Assembly: GCA_964645605.1 (NCBI GenBank)
Contig: CAZYCE010000002.1
Coordinates: 67,256 to 131,255, forward strand
DNA length: 64,000 bases
Origin: an uncultured Gammaproteobacteria bacterium
GTDB taxonomy: Bacteria > Patescibacteriota > Microgenomatia > UBA8517
Reading direction: 5' to 3'
In this document: positions 1-8,304 of the stretch, one piece after another
How positions within the stretch are numbered: the stretch's first letter is position 1
Layout of the letters: each line of letters opens with the position of its first letter
Translations under genes and position numbers: made by a program
Notes under the pieces: model-generated
The model's input: only the letters and a program-made list of their open reading frames with translations
Database searches by the model: none
Told to the model about the DNA's origin: nothing

Positions 1-180
1 ACCTATTACCTTGAGCCCTGTATGGCCTTGCAGGTGCCTTAAGTGAGCTCTGGCGACTCTTCTTTTGATAGGATGAGTCAGCCATTGGGAAATCGGATTG
101 TGTCTTGCAAAAACATCCTCAGGCGGAAGCTTGGGAGTAACCCACCATTTGACGAATTTGTTAATTTTTTTCTGTTGCAT
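1..180 (-). CDS. Possible partial CDS running off the window edge (N-terminal ~60 aa: MQQKKINKFVKWWVTPKLPPEDVFARHNPISQWLTHPIKRRVARAHLRHLQGHTGLKVIG...); function unknown
   Basis: Open minus-strand frame from the ATG at 178-180 to position 1 with no stop. It overlaps the 3' end of ddl by ~20 nt. Too short for the ORF track. No recognisable motif. Confidence 0.25.
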   Translation of the reverse strand, partial: MQQKKINKFVKWWVTPKLPPEDVFARHNPISQWLTHPIKRRVARAHLRHLQGHTGLKVIG

Positions 181-1156
181 ATCTAATAATATCACCAAGT
201 AGACGCGAATATGACATGCCTTTTGCCTTTGCTGCTTTCGGTAAAAGCGACATCGGAGTGAGTCCCGGAATAGTGTTAATCTCCAAGACAACCGGTTCTC
301 TATTATCTTTCAAAATAAAATCAACCCTCCCAAATCCTCGACAACCGACTGTTTGGTAAACTTTAATTGCCAGTTTCTGGACTTTTTCGGTTAGAGCTTT
401 TGAAATTCTGGCAGGAACGATTTCTTCCGACCCGCTTTCGGTATATTTACTTTCATAATCAAAAAAATTTCCCTTCAACGGAATTATCTCCACTAACGGC
501 AATGCGATAGGTTTATCGTTCCCAAGAACCGAACAGGTTAACTCAATCCCCTCTAAATATTCCTCCACCAATACCTTGTGGCTAAACTTGTGTGCAAGTG
601 CCAGTGATTTTTTAAGTTCTTTAGCATTTCTGGCAATCGAAGCTCCGACTGAAGAACCTTGATTATATGGCTTAACAAAGCATGGAAATTTAGTCGAGTT
701 TTTTGGAGTTCGAATCCCCGCACTGTCCATTATTTTTTTAAACATTTCTTTATCCATACCTATAGCAGACGCCAAGACCCCAGCGCCTGTATAAGTAACG
801 CCCGCCAAATCAAGCATCCCTTGAACCGTTCCGTCTTCACCAAATGGTCCATGCATTGCGATAAATACAACATCGACCTTCTTTTCATTTATCGAATTGG
901 CACCAGAGATATTTTGTGTGTTAGACAACACGATTTCCTTAGAAGTGCCTCTCAAACTGAGGATGTTGTCCAAATCTAAAAGTGATTTTTTATCTGTTAA
1001 TTTCCAGGTTAAACCGTCTTTTGAAACAACAACTGGTAAAACTTCATATTTTTTTGAGTCCAAATTTTTAACAACCTCCGAACCAGAAATAATAGACACT
1101 TCATGTTCCGGTGATTTTCCACCCATTAGAACCATTATTCTTAGTTTTCTTTTCAT
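161..1156 (-). CDS. ddl: D-alanine--D-alanine ligase (ATP-grasp)
   Basis: 331 aa. The N-terminus MVLMGGKSPEHEVSIISG and the ATP-grasp core (EEYLEGIELTCSVLGN, GRVDFIL) are typical of Ddl. It sits at the end of the dcw cluster. Confidence 0.9.
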   Translation of the reverse strand: MKRKLRIMVLMGGKSPEHEVSIISGSEVVKNLDSKKYEVLPVVVSKDGLTWKLTDKKSLLDLDNILSLRGTSKEIVLSNTQNISGANSINEKKVDVVFIAMHGPFGEDGTVQGMLDLAGVTYTGAGVLASAIGMDKEMFKKIMDSAGIRTPKNSTKFPCFVKPYNQGSSVGASIARNAKELKKSLALAHKFSHKVLVEEYLEGIELTCSVLGNDKPIALPLVEIIPLKGNFFDYESKYTESGSEEIVPARISKALTEKVQKLAIKVYQTVGCRGFGRVDFILKDNREPVVLEINTIPGLTPMSLLPKAAKAKGMSYSRLLGDIIRYATEKN

Positions 1157-1164
1157 TTATGATT

Positions 1165-2004
1165 TTATTCTGATTGTAGTTCTATTTTTTTTAATTGCCC
1201 TCGAATTTTTCCACCAAGAAACATTTCAGCCACTTTAGTAAATCTTGGTGTTAAATCAGTGACATAAAACACGATACTACCATTTTTCTTTTGAACGTTC
1301 AGTAATTTATTCTCCTCAAGGTATGCGGCAACCTCGCGGGCAACTGATTTACCCGGGTTAATTAGGTTTATTTTTTCTCCTAATTCCTTTTTTATTGTAT
1401 CCTCAATTATTGGATAATGTGTACAACCCATAATCAAAGTGTCGATATTCTGCTCCTTTAATTCCTTCAAATATCTTTTTGCAATTATTTTCAAGGCTGG
1501 GCTTTCAATCTCCCCTTCTTCGATAAAAGGAACAAAAAGCGGACACGCAACACTGAAAACTTTTATTCCGGAGCGTAATTTTGAAATCTTTTCGGGGTAA
1601 GCATGGCTCCCGACGGTTCCGCGTGTACCGATAACTCCAATTCTTTCTCCCTTTTTTACGGCATCTATCGAGGCCGGCTCAATTACTTCAAAAACGGGCG
1701 CTTTTTTAAATTTATTTTTTATGTAACCTGCCGCAACAGCCGAAGATGTGTTGCAGGCAATTACAACAATTTTGACTTTTTTGGTTAACAGAAATTTAGT
1801 ATTATCTATCGAAAATTTTCTGATTGTCGCAGTTCCCCTTGGCCCATAGGGAACTCTGGCCGTATCCCCTAGATACACGATATCTTCATGGGGAAGAATT
1901 TTCATCAATTCCTTGACAACGGTAAGTCCGCCAAGCCCTGAATCAAAAACCCCAATTGGACGGTTATTTAATTTCTGCATTAAGGGTATTATACGACAAT
2001 TCAC
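1165..2004 (-). CDS. murI: Glutamate racemase
   Basis: IGVFDSGLGGLTV, VIACNTSSA and GCTHYP match the two-cysteine racemase motifs. The true start is probably the internal Met at ~1980 (MQKLNN...). Confidence 0.9.
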   Translation of the reverse strand: MNCRIIPLMQKLNNRPIGVFDSGLGGLTVVKELMKILPHEDIVYLGDTARVPYGPRGTATIRKFSIDNTKFLLTKKVKIVVIACNTSSAVAAGYIKNKFKKAPVFEVIEPASIDAVKKGERIGVIGTRGTVGSHAYPEKISKLRSGIKVFSVACPLFVPFIEEGEIESPALKIIAKRYLKELKEQNIDTLIMGCTHYPIIEDTIKKELGEKINLINPGKSVAREVAAYLEENKLLNVQKKNGSIVFYVTDLTPRFTKVAEMFLGGKIRGQLKKIELQSE

Positions 2005-3013
2005 ATATCCGCTTTTGCCCGTCTTCCGTTAATTGTGGACCAAGGGGTAAATATATTATTTTTTGCTTTTTTGTCCATTTAGATCCTTCAAGCTCCAATC
2101 TCACAAATATTTTGTTAATTCTAAGCTTTTCTACGATTTTTGCCGCATTCTTTTTGTGTAAAATAACCGGATAGCCGCGTATGTTCCTTTTATTGCTTTC
2201 TGAAATTAATAATTTTTGAGGAAGTACACTACCCAGCTTTCTTTCATAATAAGATGCTTGCCTCTTTTTTATGTTTCTAATTTTTTTAATATTTATCCGA
2301 ATACTTAGAAATTTTGAGATAAAACCACCTCTTGCCGGAAGTTTGCTATCTCCGATCAAATTGTATCCGCGAACCATCAGCCTTTCTGCAATCTTGCCAA
2401 ATTTGAATGACCAGGCCAAAACCATTAAAAACCAAAGGGTCTTCACTTTTACTGAATAAAAAAATGATTGGTAGAAAGGTGGCGCGGAAAAATCCAAATC
2501 TTCAGTTCTTCCGTAAACATTTGAGCCCTGAAGAGGCAAGACTTTTCTTAAACTATCAATGACGAAATGGTTTTTCTTAATAATCTCAATTTCATTCGGT
2601 TCTATTATTCTATGAACACAATCCTCAACTAAGAACCTATTCCCCGTCGCCTTCTTAAGCCATTCAACATTATTCATTAAATTGGTTTTAATTCCGACCG
2701 GATGAAATATTACAACGACTGCTGGATTAAATTTATTTATCTTGTTTTCAAAATCATCTTTGTCAGCTTTCAGGTTGGGAAGAATTTTATAGTGTGCCAC
2801 CTTATATCCATGTTTTTTGATATTACTTTCCACATCAACGCAATAAAAATCAGGAATTAGGATATAAGAGCCCTTAGCAACATTTCTTTTAATCAGAATA
2901 TCCCACAATGCATCTTCCCAAGAAAGATAGAAAAGCCGCTTTATACCTTTAGTTATTTTATTTTTGCGAAACCGAAAATTTTTCAGACTAAGCACGGGCT
3001 GCGATGTTATCAT
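1964..3013 (-). CDS. Hypothetical protein with a DegT/DnrJ/EryC1-like PLP-dependent aminotransferase fold (tentative)
   Basis: 349 aa. SWEDALWDILIKRNVAKGSYILIPDFYCVDVESNIKKHGYKV resembles the DegT N-terminal pattern (sGTdAL...GDEVIvPsfTf.at..ai..G). FLVEDCVHRI resembles the EDaAha motif. SLRKVL may be the Lys-containing segment. Confidence 0.45.
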   Translation of the reverse strand: MITSQPVLSLKNFRFRKNKITKGIKRLFYLSWEDALWDILIKRNVAKGSYILIPDFYCVDVESNIKKHGYKVAHYKILPNLKADKDDFENKINKFNPAVVVIFHPVGIKTNLMNNVEWLKKATGNRFLVEDCVHRIIEPNEIEIIKKNHFVIDSLRKVLPLQGSNVYGRTEDLDFSAPPFYQSFFYSVKVKTLWFLMVLAWSFKFGKIAERLMVRGYNLIGDSKLPARGGFISKFLSIRINIKKIRNIKKRQASYYERKLGSVLPQKLLISESNKRNIRGYPVILHKKNAAKIVEKLRINKIFVRLELEGSKWTKKQKIIYLPLGPQLTEDGQKRICELSYNTLNAEIK

Positions 3014-3032
3014 AGCTGAGAATTATATACTA

Positions 3033-5354
3033 TCAATGTTTGAGGCTTAATACGGCTTCTTTGAATTTGTTACCGCGATCTTTGTAGTTTTTGAACATAT
3101 CAAAACTGGCTGCGGCCGGAGACAAAATTACCACACCACCGCGTTTGGTTATTTTATGCGCCGCTTCAATAATTTCAATCATTGCGACGTGCCCTAAACT
3201 AATTATATTTTTTCCGGAAATATTACCGCCAATTTTTTCACCCATGTCCCCAATTAAAATTAGATTTTTAACATTCGACTTCCCTCTAATTACTTTTCTT
3301 AATTCTGAATAGTCCAGACCTTTATCACTTCCCCCAAGAATTAACGTTTCATCTTCCGTAAAAGAGTTTATCGCCGCAATTGTCGGTTGAGGTCCTGTGG
3401 CGAATGAATCGTTGTAATATTTGACGCCATCAATTTCAGCAACAAGCTCGAGTCTATGCTCCAAACCTTTGAAACTTCTTACAACATTCAAAATAGTTTT
3501 CTCGTCTACCCCAATTGTCTTGCAGGTTGCAACGGCAGCCGCAATATTTTCCAGATTATGCTCGCCCCGAAGCAGAATCCTCTCTTTATATTTTTTATCA
3601 AGCTTTTCTTTGGAGAAAAATACTACTTTACCGCCGGTGATTTCCGCAAAAGATTTAGGTGTCTCGTATCCCTCATTAATAATCCCGAAGTCTAAATCGG
3701 ATTGATATCGGACTATATTCTTTTTGGCATCTATATACTCTTCCCTGTTTTTATGCCAATCCATATGGTCTTTAGTTATATTTAAAACAACAGAAACGTG
3801 CGGACTTTTTTCCATATCAATTAGTTGGAAAGATGAAAGTTCCAAAACTACCCAAGAATTTTCCGTAAGTTTTGGGAGAATTTCAAGCGAAGGCTTACCG
3901 ATATTGCCACTCAGATAAACATCGCGGTCGTCTGCCTTTAAAATTTCGTAAATTAATGTTGATGTGGTTCCTTTTCCTTTTGTACCCGTAATCCCGATTA
4001 TTTTTCCGGGGCATTCATTAAAAAAAATTTTAATCGCTGACGTAATAACAGTCCCTCCGTTTTTTGCCTCCGTTATCTCCGGTATAAAGGGATAAACCCC
4101 CGGGGATCTGACAATGTAGTCAAAACCGGTAATGCCGTTTTTCAAATAACCGGAACCGCAAACAATTTGTATTTTTGATTTATCAATATTTTCAAAATCC
4201 AATTCGTTCTCCTGTTTTTTGTCAAAAAGAGTAACGCTAGCGTTCCGTTTCAATAAATATTTGATTGCGTCCTTTCCCTCAATGCCCAACCCTAATACTG
4301 CCACCTTCTTACCATCGTATAGCGAGCTTTGCTTATCTGCATGTTTCTCCGTATCAAAATTTATTAATTGGACTTCTCTTTCAAGATTGATTCCGAATTT
4401 TTTCTTAACGTCCTTAATAATCATCTCGGAAAGATCATAAACATCCTTAGCCGTTGCATGCCCCGTTTTATTGATCAGAACGAGGGCGTGTTTTGGAGAA
4501 ACCGCCGCCCCCCCAAGTTCTTTGCCTTTCAACCCCGCGTTTTCAATAAGCCAACCGGCAGAGACTTTGTACTTGTTTTCAAAAGGATAAATTTTAATAT
4601 TGGGGTACTTTTTAATAAGCTCATTCTTTTTATCTAAATTAATGATTGGGTTTTTAAAAAATGATCCAGCGTTGCCAAATTCTCTAGGGTTTTCCAATTT
4701 TTGATTTCTGAGCTTAAGCACACCTTCACGGATTTCTTTCAACGAATCATTTTCTCCGAGGATGTCTTTAAGTGATTCATAAGACATCTTGCTCTTACCG
4801 TTTTTGTTAAGTTTAAACGTAACATTTAATATTAAAAACTTTTGTCGGAAACCAGCTCTTTTAAAAATACTATCTCTGTATTCAAAATGGCAGTTTTCCT
4901 TTTCAAAAGTAACTATCGAGTCGTTAGAAAGATCATACGCTTCGAGTTTATAGAATGTGTCGGCAATTTCCGACCCATATGCACCGATGTTTTGTACAGG
5001 AGAAGCTCCGACCGTTCCCGGTATTCCCGAGAGGCATTCCAATCCCTGCAATCCCTCCTCAACAGAAATCTTAACAAGATCGTCCCATTTCATACCAGCT
5101 TCAGCCGTAATGTATTCTCCATCCACATGGTAAGAATCACCCACGTACTTTATTACCAAACCATTAAAATCTTTATCGCTGGCAACGAAATCACTTCCTC
5201 CACCCAAAATAAATATCGGAAGATTGTTGCTTCGGGCAAATTTGGCTGCCTCCGCCAAATCATCTATGTTTTTTACCTCGATGTAGTATTTTATTTTTCC
5301 ACCAACCCGGAATGTCGTCAGATTTTTAAAATATTTATCTTGTCGAAATTTCAT
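3033..5354 (-). CDS. murB-murD: Fusion protein: UDP-N-acetylenolpyruvoylglucosamine reductase (MurB, N-terminal) joined to UDP-N-acetylmuramoyl-L-alanine--D-glutamate ligase (MurD, C-terminal)
   Basis: 773 aa single frame. aa 1-~335 carry the MurB FAD-binding ILGGGSDF and the C-terminal SAGWLIENAGLKGKELGGAAVSPKHALVLIN. aa ~345-773 carry the MurD Rossmann KKVAVLGLGIEGKDAIKYL, the P-loop GITGTKGKGTT and a Mur-ligase C-terminal domain. Confidence 0.85.
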   Translation of the reverse strand: MKFRQDKYFKNLTTFRVGGKIKYYIEVKNIDDLAEAAKFARSNNLPIFILGGGSDFVASDKDFNGLVIKYVGDSYHVDGEYITAEAGMKWDDLVKISVEEGLQGLECLSGIPGTVGASPVQNIGAYGSEIADTFYKLEAYDLSNDSIVTFEKENCHFEYRDSIFKRAGFRQKFLILNVTFKLNKNGKSKMSYESLKDILGENDSLKEIREGVLKLRNQKLENPREFGNAGSFFKNPIINLDKKNELIKKYPNIKIYPFENKYKVSAGWLIENAGLKGKELGGAAVSPKHALVLINKTGHATAKDVYDLSEMIIKDVKKKFGINLEREVQLINFDTEKHADKQSSLYDGKKVAVLGLGIEGKDAIKYLLKRNASVTLFDKKQENELDFENIDKSKIQIVCGSGYLKNGITGFDYIVRSPGVYPFIPEITEAKNGGTVITSAIKIFFNECPGKIIGITGTKGKGTTSTLIYEILKADDRDVYLSGNIGKPSLEILPKLTENSWVVLELSSFQLIDMEKSPHVSVVLNITKDHMDWHKNREEYIDAKKNIVRYQSDLDFGIINEGYETPKSFAEITGGKVVFFSKEKLDKKYKERILLRGEHNLENIAAAVATCKTIGVDEKTILNVVRSFKGLEHRLELVAEIDGVKYYNDSFATGPQPTIAAINSFTEDETLILGGSDKGLDYSELRKVIRGKSNVKNLILIGDMGEKIGGNISGKNIISLGHVAMIEIIEAAHKITKRGGVVILSPAAASFDMFKNYKDRGNKFKEAVLSLKH

Positions 5355-6550
5355 TTGAGTAATTCAACCGCTTTCCTTGCCCACAAATAACTTTTTCCTG
5401 CACCCATGACAACAATTACCCTATAATTTCTATTTTCTAATTTCAAATTTCTAAACATATTCTCGATGCTGTCAAACGCCTCAATGTTTTTATGTTTGGA
5501 TGCGTCGGCCACTTTTTGGGGAGTGATAGACTTATCGACTTCATCTCGAGCCTGAAAAATCGGACCGATAAACACTTTATCGGCTGCGTCAAAAACCCCA
5601 CTATACATGCGTAAGAGTGCCCCGGTACGTTTATATCCATGGGGTTCGTCAATAACCAAAATTTTTGCTTTTGGATATTTTTCGCGGACTCCCTTAAGGG
5701 TTTCTCTTATAGCCGTAGGATGGTGGGCGTAGTCATCGTAGACCTTAATCTCGTTTTCTCCTGAAATAAGTTCAAGTCTTCTTCCGATTCCGCCAAACGA
5801 TTCTAAGGATTTAACTATTTCGCTCTCACTGATGCCCAATTTTTTCCCTAAGACATAAACCATATTTGCATTCTTTTGGTTAAACTCTCCCATTATCCTC
5901 AAATTGAAATGCCTATGGGGACTATCCTCCGGAGTAATTAAAATCCTTTCCCCCTTTAAATTATTTATAAATTTATCAAACGAGCTTTTGACTTCCTCTT
6001 CGTCTTTGAAAAAGTCGGGGTGATCAAATTCAATATTATTTATAATTGCTATATCCGGATGGTAATGTAAAAAGTTGTTATTAAACTCATCCGCCTCGAC
6101 AACTGCATATTCCCCATTACCAAAACGTGAGTTTCCATTCCATTCGGGAACAAATGCTCCGACAACAATCGTGGGGTTAAACCCCGCATCAATAAGCATT
6201 TTTCCGGCCATTGCAGTGGTGGTGGATTTTCCATGGGTGCCTGCAATACAAATCAATTTTTTGTTTTTGAGAAGAACTGTCCCCAAAAATTCCTGCCAAG
6301 TCATTAGCTTGTTTTGTTTTTTGGCCTCAATAATCTCCGGATTATTACCACTTTGGTAAAGCACTGCAGGGCTTACAACTACCAAATCGGCCTCTGGGAC
6401 ATGAGAGGCGCTGTGTCCCTGAACAATCCCCTTTCTATATGCGGTATTGGCTTCGAGGTCGCAACCGCTAACTTCGTATCCAAATTTTTCCGCTAAATAA
6501 GCTACACCCGAAATGCCGCTTCCTCCGATTCCGACAAAGTGAATATGCAT
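5351..6550 (-). CDS. murC: UDP-N-acetylmuramate--L-alanine ligase
   Basis: 399 aa. HFVGIGGSGISGVA, P-loop GTHGKSTTTAM and DDYAHHP match MurC. It overlaps the murB-murD start by 4 nt. Confidence 0.9.
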   Translation of the reverse strand: MHIHFVGIGGSGISGVAYLAEKFGYEVSGCDLEANTAYRKGIVQGHSASHVPEADLVVVSPAVLYQSGNNPEIIEAKKQNKLMTWQEFLGTVLLKNKKLICIAGTHGKSTTTAMAGKMLIDAGFNPTIVVGAFVPEWNGNSRFGNGEYAVVEADEFNNNFLHYHPDIAIINNIEFDHPDFFKDEEEVKSSFDKFINNLKGERILITPEDSPHRHFNLRIMGEFNQKNANMVYVLGKKLGISESEIVKSLESFGGIGRRLELISGENEIKVYDDYAHHPTAIRETLKGVREKYPKAKILVIDEPHGYKRTGALLRMYSGVFDAADKVFIGPIFQARDEVDKSITPQKVADASKHKNIEAFDSIENMFRNLKLENRNYRVIVVMGAGKSYLWARKAVELLK

Positions 6551-6585
6551 TCTTTATGCTTGTATTATATCAGCATTCACGGCAA

Positions 6586-7062
6586 TCAAACACTTTTAAG
6601 AAGGTTTTTATCGATAATTTCCTGAAGGCTTCCAACAACATATTTAGGCACAACCTTAGTCTCTAAATCCTTATACCTTCCCCGTCTGACCCGGACAACA
6701 AAGAATCCTTTGGCCACTCCTGCCTCAATAACTTCAGGTTTATCATCAATTAATACCACTTTTTTTTCAGATTCATTTACAACGTTCATTTTAGAGAAAC
6801 TTGAAAATATTTGAACTCCGTCTGTAAAAAATTTTTCTATCCCGGTTCCTATTATCTTTTCCATTTGAAATTTCTTATCCCCCTCCGAAAATAAAACCGT
6901 ATCGCCAAAACCTGAAGCGTATTTAATAAACGGGATCGCATCCGGATAAAGAAAGTCTTTGTAGTTTATATGCGCGGGAGAGTCCGATAGATGCTTTACA
7001 AATTCCCCGGTATTAAAAATTGTATGATCGAAGTCAATAAAGATTTTCACTCCCTTTTCCAT
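6586..7062 (-). CDS. Small HAD-superfamily hydrolase (probable phosphatase)
   Basis: 158 aa. Motif I FIDFDHT (DxDxT) and motif IV VLIDDKPEV are present. Confidence 0.7.
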   Translation of the reverse strand: MEKGVKIFIDFDHTIFNTGEFVKHLSDSPAHINYKDFLYPDAIPFIKYASGFGDTVLFSEGDKKFQMEKIIGTGIEKFFTDGVQIFSSFSKMNVVNESEKKVVLIDDKPEVIEAGVAKGFFVVRVRRGRYKDLETKVVPKYVVGSLQEIIDKNLLKSV

Positions 7063-7064
7063 TA

Positions 7065-8303
7065 TTAGTCTTCTACCTTCGACCCCACCCCGTACGAACC
7101 TTTTAGAATTTTGCCGGGAAAAACGACAGATCCTTCTCCAATTATGGTTCCGGGCATTGTAGAAACACGAATACCCACTTTTACCCCGTCGCCCATGAAA
7201 ACTCCAATATTACTTACTCCGGTTTCGACATTTGTTCCTTTAACTTTAGCCGACACCGGAGACCTGTCCAATCTCTTATTTGCAGTTATAAATCCCGCTC
7301 CAACTCTACAATTTTTTCCGATAATGGAGTCCCCGACAAAACCGGAGTGAATATGTGTTCCCTCGCCGATAAGAGAATTTTTGACATCGCAATATCTTTC
7401 AATCTCCGTACCGTTTTCCAGTATTGTTCCCGCGCGGACCTGGCTATATGCACCCACCACTGCATTTTTTCCTATGTAACAAGGCCCTTCAATCAGCGCA
7501 AAATCGTAAATATGGGCACCCTCGCCTATGAATATTCCTTCGCCCTTAAGAATAGCTGTCTTTTCAATGACTGCAGTCGGATCAACACCTTCACCAACCT
7601 CCGATAATATGAAATCTTTAAGTTTCATAAGATCCCAAGGATATTTCAAAGACGGTAAGTTCGAGGAAACACGGACCGAGCCGACTTTTCCGTTTTTGGC
7701 TTCTTTATCTAAAACAAACTCTAAAGAATAATCTGTAACGGGGCTTTCCGCTAGTTTATTAAGAAAATCAAGCGATAGAAGGTAAACTCCGACAAGCCGC
7801 ATGTTTGATGGTTCCTTTCCTGCGTCAGGCTTTTCGACCACGCCCTGCACCTTATCCGCCTGAAGCTCGACAATCCCATATTTAGAGGGAGTATCCGTCT
7901 CTGTTATGCCGACGGTCACAGAGTCCCCTGATTTTTCGTGTGCCTCGATAAAGCTGTCGGCAATAGAATGAAAATTAAATTGATTAGCATTTATCACGAA
8001 AAAATCGTCCTTAATGAGTTCTTTTGCCGATAAAATTGCGTCCCCTTGGCCCAGAGGACTTTCTTCCCTAACAAACTTTACGTCGGAAAAAACGGGGAGT
8101 GATTCACAAATGGTTTTTTCTTTTTCGAAATCCTTCGAACCTAAAACCAATATGATTTCCGAGGGATTAAGCTTTTTCACACTCTCAATGGTTCTTTCCA
8201 GAATTGTTTTACCGGCAATACTGAAAAAGCTCTTATGAATATTGTTGAAAGGGAAAAATCTTGAAGATTCTCCGCCAGCCAATATTACAACCTGATATTT
8301 CAT
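7065..8303 (-). CDS. GlmU-like bifunctional sugar-1-phosphate nucleotidyltransferase / left-handed beta-helix acetyltransferase
   Basis: 412 aa. The N-terminus has VILAGGESSRF (nucleotidyltransferase G-rich loop). The C-terminus has multiple hexapeptide repeats (IGKNAVVG..., IGEGTHIHSGFVGDSIIGKNCRVGAG). This is the GlmU / archaeal-type architecture. Confidence 0.7.
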   Translation of the reverse strand: MKYQVVILAGGESSRFFPFNNIHKSFFSIAGKTILERTIESVKKLNPSEIILVLGSKDFEKEKTICESLPVFSDVKFVREESPLGQGDAILSAKELIKDDFFVINANQFNFHSIADSFIEAHEKSGDSVTVGITETDTPSKYGIVELQADKVQGVVEKPDAGKEPSNMRLVGVYLLSLDFLNKLAESPVTDYSLEFVLDKEAKNGKVGSVRVSSNLPSLKYPWDLMKLKDFILSEVGEGVDPTAVIEKTAILKGEGIFIGEGAHIYDFALIEGPCYIGKNAVVGAYSQVRAGTILENGTEIERYCDVKNSLIGEGTHIHSGFVGDSIIGKNCRVGAGFITANKRLDRSPVSAKVKGTNVETGVSNIGVFMGDGVKVGIRVSTMPGTIIGEGSVVFPGKILKGSYGVGSKVED

Positions 8304-8304
8304 A

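Noticed and set aside
706-717. tRNA T-loop-like GAGTTCGAATCC
   Set aside because: It lies inside the ddl coding frame. No acceptor or anticodon stems can be built around it, so it is coincidental.
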